Origin: Corallochytrium limacisporum Hawaii
Taxonomy: Eukaryota > Protista > Pluriformea
DNA: 64,000 bases
Direction of reading: 5' to 3'
NCBI GenBank assembly: GCA_002811645.1
Contig: PDIP01000016.1
Location: forward strand, 1 to 64,000
A program made the position numbers and the translations under genes. Positions 55,807 through 64,000 of the stretch are shown piece by piece. Every line of letters starts with the position of its first letter. The first letter of the stretch is position 1. A model generated the notes under the pieces. The model did no database searches. It was not told where the DNA came from and saw nothing but the letters and a program-made list of their open reading frames with translations.

Positions 55807-57765
55807 ATGTCTAGTTTCGAAAACCGGACAAGCCGGTCGACGTCAATAGAAGAACATGATCCTGCAAATCACTTAATTCATAGACATCACAACCCTAGTC
55901 AGAAGCGTCACATTCAGAAGCGTCACAGCATGGAAGAAGCTGACGAGAACGGTCAAGGCTTCATCGCCAGTAGCAAGGGTTATGCCAAAATGAGTGACTC
56001 AGATGTGATAGCAGAGCCTAGGGCCATGGCCCGTGCGTCGATGACTGACGAGGAGGATCTGATCATGGAGCCGGATCCGTACACAAAGGAGCTTAATCAT
56101 GAGTTGCATGAAATGGATTTCTTGCACCACCACAACGGAGAGCATAAGGATGAAGAAGAAAACGGGAGCACCTCCGGGGAGTACCATGGTGGCAGCGGTG
56201 AAGAACTAGAACGCACAGTCGGCCTCTTTGGAGGCACCTCATTAATAGTCGGTGTCATGATCGGGTCTGGAATTTTTTCGTCTCCCGGTGCCATCCTCGA
56301 CGAGGTCGGCAGTGTGGGTGCCGCTCTGATTGTGTGGACCGTCTCCGGCATGCTAGCACTGGTGGGAGCCCTCTGTTACGTCGAGCTGGGTACAAGCATT
56401 GAGAGAAGCTCAGGTGGTGAATATGCGTACCTCTTACATACCTACGGCGAATTGGTTGCGTTCACGTACACAGTGAGTCTGAGCTTTGCTGGTAAACCGG
56501 GATCGCTGGCGATTATATCGACTGTGTTTGGCGACTATCTTGGACGGTTGTTGAGTGGATCCGGCAAGGAAGAGTCTCCGGCATGGCTTGCCAAGGGATT
56601 GGGTCTGTCGCAACTGCTTTGTCTTTTTATTATCAACTCCATGGACACAAAGAAGGGTCTACTTCTACAAGGGGCTAGCATGGTGGCAAAGCTGATAGTC
56701 GTTGCTGCAGTCATTGTTACCGGACTAATTGTCATGGGCATGCTTTTCAGCAAGGACCCCTCAGACCTGGATGAAACCCAGCAGGCTATCTATGACCAAC
56801 TCACGCAACCATTTTTCGGCACTTCAACCAATCCAGGGTCTTGGGCACTAGCCCTATTCGCCGGACTCTGGGCCTACGACGGGTGGAACAATCTGAATTA
56901 TGTCGCGGAGGAGGTGGTGAACCCGACTCGGAATCTTCCTCTTGCTATTTGCATTGCTGTGCCGAGCGTTACTTTCTTGTATGTTTTGGTTAATCTATCC
57001 TATTTGTCGGTCCTGACGGTCGAGCAAGCCGCAACAACCAATGCAATTGCTATGGAGTGGGGCCTTGAATTGATGGGTCCAGTTGGTGGTTCGCTAATCC
57101 CGATTGGTGTTGCCATCTCTGCTCTCGGTGCAGCCAATGGCTCGCTCTTTACTTCCGCTCGGATCATCTTTGCCTCAAGCCGTGCCGGACAATTCCCGGC
57201 ATGGACCGGTCGTGTACATCCTGTCCGCGGAACTATGATCAATGCGCTGGCCATTCAGGTCAGCATCGCTTCCATCATGGTTCTGGCAGGCAACTTTAAG
57301 GTACTTGTTAATTTCTTCAGCTTCAGTGCCTGGGTCTTCTACGGTCTGACGGCAGCGTCGTTGATTGTGCTGCGGTACCGAGAGCCGGACCGACCGCGAC
57401 CATTCAAAGTGTGGCTGCCGTTAGCCTTCCTGTTTTGTTTGATCACCCTCTTCTTGATCGTCGTGGCGGCGTATGAAGCACCGAAGGAGTCAGCCGCAGC
57501 GACGGTGTTCATGATCCTGGCTACACCGTTGTACTATTTCTATGTGAAGCCGCGGAAGGAGAAGCGACTTGCTCAGGCGCACACAATTACTGGCGGCGTG
57601 CCTCACAATCCGTGGCGATATCGTGGCTATATACGCGTCGAGGACGAGCAAGGCAGCGATGGTCTGGACCACCGGCGGATATCCGGAGGCTCTGGCGGCC
57701 GCGGTGTGTCTATCGTCGACCTGGACGGTGAGGGCGGTGCATTAGATGCCGGTGTCGAGCTTTGA
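55807..57765 (+). CDS. APC-superfamily L-type amino acid transporter (SLC7 LAT-like)
   Basis: IGSGIFSSP, CYVELGT, SGGEYAY, GLWAYDGWNNLNYVAEEVVNPTRNLP, RPFKVW. About 12 TMs. ATG at 55807. Confidence 0.95.
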   Translation: MSSFENRTSRSTSIEEHDPANHLIHRHHNPSQKRHIQKRHSMEEADENGQGFIASSKGYAKMSDSDVIAEPRAMARASMTDEEDLIMEPDPYTKELNHELHEMDFLHHHNGEHKDEEENGSTSGEYHGGSGEELERTVGLFGGTSLIVGVMIGSGIFSSPGAILDEVGSVGAALIVWTVSGMLALVGALCYVELGTSIERSSGGEYAYLLHTYGELVAFTYTVSLSFAGKPGSLAIISTVFGDYLGRLLSGSGKEESPAWLAKGLGLSQLLCLFIINSMDTKKGLLLQGASMVAKLIVVAAVIVTGLIVMGMLFSKDPSDLDETQQAIYDQLTQPFFGTSTNPGSWALALFAGLWAYDGWNNLNYVAEEVVNPTRNLPLAICIAVPSVTFLYVLVNLSYLSVLTVEQAATTNAIAMEWGLELMGPVGGSLIPIGVAISALGAANGSLFTSARIIFASSRAGQFPAWTGRVHPVRGTMINALAIQVSIASIMVLAGNFKVLVNFFSFSAWVFYGLTAASLIVLRYREPDRPRPFKVWLPLAFLFCLITLFLIVVAAYEAPKESAAATVFMILATPLYYFYVKPRKEKRLAQAHTITGGVPHNPWRYRGYIRVEDEQGSDGLDHRRISGGSGGRGVSIVDLDGEGGALDAGVEL

Positions 57766-57884
57766 GAGCGGCAAAGATTGTCAATTTTAGAGAAACGAAT
57801 ACAATAGCAACAAACTAGTAAAGAAATGTGAATCATTGTAACAGCAAGGTTTCAGTGGTGTAATTTATCTCGTTAGAATTCGTT

Positions 57885-58988
57885 TCAATGGCGATGCTGT
57901 AGACGGTGGTTGATTTCGCGGAGTGCAAACTGAATGGCCGCCGTCGTGTCCTTGTTTTTCTTGAGCGTGGCATCCAGGATGTCCTGCATCAGCACGTCCG
58001 GTGTGGGCTCCACTTGGAAATCAATAATCCTACCATCCGGTTGGTTGCGAATGAACGTCACAGTGTATTCCGTGACCCGGTGGCTGCGTTCTGATTTGGT
58101 CCGCAGTATGTAGCTGATCTCTCGCTTTGACTTTTCTGGATCAACAACGTCATCGTTGCGGGGTACACGAAGAGGATGAAAGCCACTCCACTTGGCCAGA
58201 AGGGCGTTTTCCATATCCAAACGCTGTTGCAGGCGCTCCCGTTCAACCTGCTCGAGATCCTTTTCGGCCTCTTTATTGCGTTGTTGCTGCTCGCAATCCT
58301 TAGTATGGACTTCCAAGCGATTCACTTCCTCCTGCAGGGGCTTAATCCGCTCGTTCAATTCCTGGATTTGGGCAATGAATTTGCGTTCCTCTTTGTCGAG
58401 CTTTTCCATCTCCGTCCACTGATCGGCCAGGATCGCTTCGGCAGAGTTGTGGTCGACTAGGCGGCCTTTGTAGTAGACACGGTGGGCCTTCTCCTGACTG
58501 CAGACTTCATCAAGCTCAGCCTGAGCCCTTCGTGCGCGCTCAGATCCGGTCATGAGATCGTCTTTGCTCTCCTGATACAGACGCAGCTGAGTTTCCAAAT
58601 TGTGGAAGAGCTCTTCTAGCTGCTGGCGGCACTCCTCAGTCTCTTTCTTGATGACTTTCACCTGGTTCTTCGCATTCTTCACCTCCCGCACACGCTCCTC
58701 ATTCGACACCACATCGTCAGTGCCGTCACCCTTCAGATCGTAGACGCGCTGCAGAAACTGATTCTTTGTTTCCAGCTCGATCAACGCAAATTTCAATTTC
58801 TCGAAATACTCCCGGGCACGCTTCTTTTCGGTGTCTGCGCTGCGGTCTTCGTCTGTAACCTCGCCACGAATATCATATAACTTCTGTACCTCGGAGTCCG
58901 GTGTCTGAACTTTAGCCAGGACGGTATCTGTGTGATTGAAGTCATACTGAGGAGCACCGCTCACAACGGTGGTCTCTGGAACCGGCAT
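57885..58988 (-). CDS. Kinetochore Sos7/Kre28/Zwint-family coiled-coil protein with RWD-like C-terminus
   Basis: EYFEKLKFALIELETKNQFL matches the recalled Sos7 motif (FSKLKFSYLEQETKEKFL). Long coiled coil followed by a beta/alpha C-terminal domain. Confidence 0.7.
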   Translation of the reverse strand: MPVPETTVVSGAPQYDFNHTDTVLAKVQTPDSEVQKLYDIRGEVTDEDRSADTEKKRAREYFEKLKFALIELETKNQFLQRVYDLKGDGTDDVVSNEERVREVKNAKNQVKVIKKETEECRQQLEELFHNLETQLRLYQESKDDLMTGSERARRAQAELDEVCSQEKAHRVYYKGRLVDHNSAEAILADQWTEMEKLDKEERKFIAQIQELNERIKPLQEEVNRLEVHTKDCEQQQRNKEAEKDLEQVERERLQQRLDMENALLAKWSGFHPLRVPRNDDVVDPEKSKREISYILRTKSERSHRVTEYTVTFIRNQPDGRIIDFQVEPTPDVLMQDILDATLKKNKDTTAAIQFALREINHRLQHRH

Positions 58989-59485
58989 GGTATACTGCTA
59001 TGACCCGTGTCTTTAGATGGTTGTGACGGATTTGAGCAGAAAATGTTTACTTGGTTGTTTCCAAGTTATGATCTACCTCGTCCCACACATTCACATATTC
59101 GTCTAAACTTGCTGTTTTGGTTCAGGTTACTAGTCTATAATACTGGTTTAAATAGCTCTGACATCGAAAAACAGTTTTGTCTGAGAGTAGGGAGAGTCCC
59201 AAAGGGGTTCCCCCCCTCGACGTTTTGTCCTCTCCGCGCCAAAATCCCGTCCGTAGAAATTTTATAGTGAACTGCCCAACAATGTCCGCGTCGGTACATT
59301 TGCTACTGGCGGGAAACGTTATTCCTAGCAATTCGTTATTTGTATCCGGGCTGTATTTGAAATGGGCCGCCGTCGCGCGGGAGACCATTGGGACCCGCAG
59401 TCGAAGACGATGGGAGGGTCTCACAGGTGGGTAGCACTGGCTATTTCACGGCGGTCTAAGCCCAGCGCACAGTCAAGCATGGCAT

Positions 59486-60035
59486 GAGCCGGCTGGACAG
59501 ACACTGATCAGCGTTGCTAGTACAGATATTGAGCATTTGCGTAGGCGATACGATAATGACATGGAGCGCGTCACTGCTCGTGTCGCAGAACTGACATCGA
59601 GTCCGACGCGTGGAAACGGGGACATACGCAGGAGCCAAGAGGTCACGCGACAGAGCCGGAGAAGATAGCTGATCTCCCGGGTGTTCGGCTAGAAAACCGC
59701 GTGAAATTCGTAGAGGCTTCTCTGGACGAAGCCACAGCACGGCTGAGGAAGATTGAGACGCCACTGGTGAGCCATGAAGAGTCTGCAGAGAAGGAAAGCC
59801 GGCGAATGACAAAGTTTGTCGAAGACAAACTGCAGGAAACCAACGAACGCCGGCAACGGGCAATCAATCGACCTCCAAAGAAATGACTCACAGGTTCACT
59901 ACCGTCCATGAGATGCTTAGTCTGCTCAGACACACGTTTGAGGAAAGGATTCGGCTTACTGAGGACACGTTGCGCAAGCAGGTCGCAGCACTGGTCAAAA
60001 CTAATGCCGTGGTCATCTATGCGAGTCCCATGTGA
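59486..60035 (+). pseudogene. Frameshifted FAM81-like coiled-coil pseudogene fragment
   Basis: Three frames join into a coiled coil ending KEMTHRFTTVHEMLSLLRHTFEERIRLTEDTLRKQVAALVK, which resembles the FAM81 C-terminus. Frame changes occur at about 59595-59660 and 59870, with no splice signals. Confidence 0.5.
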
Positions 60036-60598
60036 ATTGCATTCTAACGGTACCCACATTCATGGCCGTCATCCAGGTCCTTGTCATGAAACTAAGGCAA
60101 CAGCTAAGCAAATGACAATACGTGTTATATTGTAGCGACTACTGGTGTCACTGAAACCACAGATGATGCTTCTGCTTCTGCTGTGACGTGAGAATGGATC
60201 ATGACATGCACGCTTTCACCTCGAAAACAACATGTTAGGATATCAGTTTATGGCCGCACTTGAGACACCCAGATCAATCAAACCTCGCCATCTTGTGATC
60301 AAACAGTCTCTCAACCATGCTTAGAGGAATTGTTCCTCGAGGACGGAAACGAATGCGTGGACTTGAAAACAGAGGGTACGTGGATCAGTACCAGAGGTGG
60401 TTCGAAAATATACATCTGAAAAGAATTCTATTATACGATGGAACAGGTGATTGAAAGGTTTCGAGTTCGCATACCTCTATCCCTGGAAGAGTACCCTATG
60501 CAAATACCCGGTTTCGCAGGATCTTTAGACGGGTATTATGGAACCGCAAGATGATCCACTTTGCATATGCTTTGAGTATGTAAGTGACGCAAAGAGGC

Positions 60599-61165
60599 TT
60601 AGTGCACACCTTTTACGAAGTTGCGATGCAGAGTAGGGTTGCAAGTGGACACAACATCGACAAGGCGCTTCACGACAGCTCCCTCAGCCTTGTTCGCCTG
60701 GCGCTTAATGCCCTGCAGTTCCTGTTCAGCATCCTGGCGCATCTTAGCGACAGCTTTGTCCGTGCTTCCGGCATTCTGTATACAAAGAAAACAATAAAGA
60801 CGGCAATGAAGTTAGCTATCAAATCTCGTCCTAAACATTGCAAAACTCTTCCCACTGTGTACTTACCTGCTGGACGTACTCCTTGTATTCTTTCTCTTTC
60901 AGCTGGTGGAAAGCCTCGATTTCAGCCTCAGCTTCATCCTTGGCTTCTTTGAGACGCTGTAGACGCTCTGTAATGACAAGCAAAACGAAACAAACTCGTT
61001 CCCCACCGTTAGTAAATTACCCTTGACTGCAAATAATCCAACAAAGGCTCATTGATCCCTGTGATCGTAACCATACTTACTCTTGCGTGCGGCCTGGATG
61101 GTCTCTGCTGCTCCCTTCTCCGCAGACATGAGGGCCTGGATGCCCTGAGAGTTTTGAGATGCCAT
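60599..61165 (-). CDS. VMA10: V-type ATPase subunit G, 3 exons (61165-61081, 60967-60867, 60775-60599), 120 aa
   Basis: Spliced product MASQNSQGIQALMSAEKGAAETIQAARKKRLQRLKEAKDEAEAEIE...PTLHRNFVKGVH. Both introns are GTAAGT...CAG with branch sites TACTAAC (61014-61008) and GCTAAC. Confidence 0.95.
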
Positions 61166-63866
61166 TTTTACTACTTGGTGCAAATACTCTTTGAACTCAA
61201 AACAAAGGCATGCATTCAAAACTTGACTGCGTCAACATCCGCTTTCAAATAGCATGTCAGAAACACGCGTACATATCCAATAGAGCCATCGGATAGCCGA
61301 AACGCACCGAAATCCGGGTTCCAAAAATGGTTGGGCAGAGGACTTGGGTGTTTGAATCGGGTCGCTTTGTAAAGCGAAACGGTGCCCTCCGCCCCGGTGG
61401 TTCTGCATAGTCAGTTGGTTGCGAACCCGCCCGTACCCCATCTTGCAGACAGCCAGTCGCAGGCAGAGTGGGGCACAAGTACTCTCGTACACCGCTGCCG
61501 AAGGACAAACAACTAACCAGTCATCTCTCCACACAGGTGACCCATGTCTGCTCATTAAAAACTCAATAATGAATATATTGAGATAGAGAGCTCACTAGTG
61601 ACATATACTCTTTCTAGCCACTGTGGGACCGGACCGTTTACCAGCTACGTCCCGGGTGGAAAACAAAAGAGGGCGGCGGTCGGAGATTGCCTTACGAGCC
61701 CGCTTACACGACTGTAAAGAAGGAAAACACGCACAGGACGAGAAGGCCCGTGGTCACAACGGGTCGTAGTCCCCGCAGTAGTGAAACAGTGGTGGGCACG
61801 GATATGTTCTCGCATAGTGGGTGTTCCCATTTGACTCAAGGACATTGCAGATAATGACACCATTTTCATATATTCAGTATATCATTATTATTTATATTAT
61901 CATTATATAGTGAATATTACAAAATTTCCGTATTTAATATTTCCCAAGTTGTTGTTTCCCGTTCAGGTGAGCTAAATAAATAACAATAGATGTGAGGCAG
62001 TGGGTATATAACTGATACCCTTACAATATAATTAGTATAATTAACCTCAATGAAACCCAACTCCATTAGGGCATCAGTGATTAAGTCGGGACCGCAAACG
62101 AGCCCGCAGTTTGTTGTGCAAACAAGGTACCGCTGAGATGGCTATCGGCGCTTCGACAGCACAGGATGGCTTTCACGGGTAGAGTTACCCATGTTGGATG
62201 ACCGTAATGTCCTCGAAGGATGAAGTAGCAGTAAACTGCTTGCCAACGGACAACCTTAGAATACTGCTTCATGTCATGAATCGGGATCTGGCCATGCAAG
62301 TGGGTTTTCCTTTGCAAGCAACCATGTTGGTCTACGACCGGGCCCCAATGCTACGAGTATGTAAGGCAAATGAGCACTGGCCACTGACAAGGACTGACGG
62401 TATTAATGAGAGCTGAGAATGCTTCATTTCAATGGCCCCCTGACATGCCTGGTTTTAGCATGGACATCTACCGGGACGGAATCGTGTGTGTTTCTCACAG
62501 GACTTCTGTACAAATTGTGGTTTCAGTCTAGCAACAACACATGCAGACTTGAGAAGGAAACATGTCCCTTCCGAATCTTGGGGTTGCCGTATGAAACACA
62601 CAGAACCACAGTGCAGGCGCGCTTGCAGTTGGCGGTGCGCCCTTTCCGTGCAGGAAGGAAAGGGCGCACAAACCGCGTGGCGCGCCATAGGGGCCCATTT
62701 CCCGCCCACCCTTAATGTTTTCGCGCCAAAAGCTACCGGCCAATACCTTTTTTTTGGATCTGTTTTGGAACATTTTCCTCGCAGTGCACCCTAACCAAAG
62801 GATGGGGATAACCAGTGTCGGTACTGAAAGTACCGTAATTTCAAGTGTCGGCTCATTCGCAAGCAGGACCCGCGAAAGCGGAAAGGGTTCGCACATGGCC
62901 GCCCAAGGACAGCATACGGCGACCCGCCCTGTCTCTAATCTCTGCACGGTTCTTTGGTAGCGATGTCAATCACCGCACTCAAAGAACTTAAAGAATACAA
63001 TGACTGCGACCAATCCCCACAGTTTCCGATATTTCTCATTGTTTTTCTAGGACACGACCTGTTTAGCTTCGTCAACCAGCCTTAGAAATGTGCACACACC
63101 GATGTATGCCTTTCTCTCACAGCAGTTCCTTTGAACACTGCGATGGTTTGAGGCTTCAATTGATCTGCTGAAATGGGCACTTGACTAAAATCATATACCT
63201 GGGAAACGCACAAGTCGATGAAAGCAGCATGCTTTCACGAGTGGGTTTCCCACCAGTCTAACTCTGTTCACCTGCGTGGCTGTGCGTGTGTAAACTTTCC
63301 TTATCTCACATACAGAACGCCTAACGGCTCTTCCGTCAATTTGATGGTGCAGTCACCCACGTTCGACCGAAATGAACGCTAACGTTTCGCCGGCTCCGCG
63401 TGAAGACCAGTGTGGAGTGGGTATGGGTGAGGCTTGGAACGTGTGCGCGCACTTTGCCTGGATCCGTTGCAAGCGCTCTGTGTCAGTGCTTCGCGAGCTC
63501 ATGGGGGATCGAGTGGTCGAAACGGGGTCAGAATGCGTGTGGGCAACGATCGGTGTCGGTTTGACTGTCGGCCAACGTTCGGTGCGCTCTGGTACTCGAT
63601 GATTCCAGTCATCGGAGCCTCGAGAGTTGCGGAGCTAGTGTAATCCTCAGCTCCGATTTAGAGCAAGAGCAAGGGCAAATAACTCTGTTATATACTTTAC
63701 CATTGTGTTGGGGTTTTTCACATTGGTTTTATTGCAATTTGCTAAAAAACTTGTTCTACGCCATTGACCACGGACAGACATTTGGCTCCGTCGGTCTCTA
63801 AAGTTAAAAGAGGGTTAACCAAAAAACAAAAACAGAAGAAATCTGCAACCACTTTACAATTCAAAA

Positions 63867-64000
63867 ATGGTTGCCTTTATCGAAGAACGTAGCTTCACCA
63901 CCCCGGCCAGCCTTGTCTTGGCTGACGGCACCAGCCACCCTGGTTTCAGCTTCGGCGCAAAGCGCAGCATTGCAGGTGAGGCCGTGTTCCAGACTGGTAT
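63867..64000 (+). CDS. N-terminus of carbamoyl-phosphate synthase glutaminase domain (CAD/URA2-like), truncated by the window edge
   Basis: MVAFIEERSFTTPASLVLADGTSHPGFSFGAKRSIAGEAVFQTG matches the LxLxDG...SFG...GExVFQTG motif. No mitochondrial presequence. Confidence 0.9.
   Translation, partial: MVAFIEERSFTTPASLVLADGTSHPGFSFGAKRSIAGEAVFQTG

Noticed and set aside
60417-60419. In-frame TGA as selenocysteine
   Set aside because: No redox motif, no start codon and no recognisable SECIS.
63720-63866. Arginine attenuator uORF before the CPSase
   Set aside because: No upstream ATG in this stretch; the gene looks like cytosolic CAD/URA2.

Overview
Eukaryotic nuclear DNA from a compact, intron-poor genome. 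It mixes animal-type families (Max-like bHLH-ZIP, SIKE/FGFR1OP2, Tweety, ZNF106-like, FAM81-like remnant) with fungal/protist-type families (HIS3, Sos7/Kre28, Chs5-N domain). This suggests a unicellular opisthokont, plausibly a unicellular holozoan (inference, not proven). Sixteen protein-coding genes are supportable: cytochrome P450 (5'-truncated), a Chs5N/pseudo-phosphatase/UBA-like fusion, a WD40/zinc-finger/J-domain protein, HIS3, SIKE-like, ATG2, Tweety, an ankyrin protein, a Max-like bHLH-ZIP, a Cid1/URT1-like uridylyltransferase split by an assembly gap, an FG-GAP/NERD1-like membrane protein, a degenerate HIBCH/mS47-like protein, an SLC7 amino-acid transporter, Sos7/Zwint, V-ATPase subunit G (missed by the ORF track; the only gene with visible introns) and the start of CAD/CPSase. 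Non-coding DNA includes a 17.7 kb homopolymer-rich interval upstream of the bHLH gene, a recurring CCCC-(N0-2)-GGGG palindrome, a 35-bp inverted repeat pair, a Helitron/DINE-like repeat and a frameshifted FAM81-like pseudogene. The most novel-looking items are the two domain fusions at 2.2-5.5 kb and the PPG-phi-rich TUTase. No rRNA, tRNA or CRISPR was recognised. All family assignments come from motif recall, not database searches.
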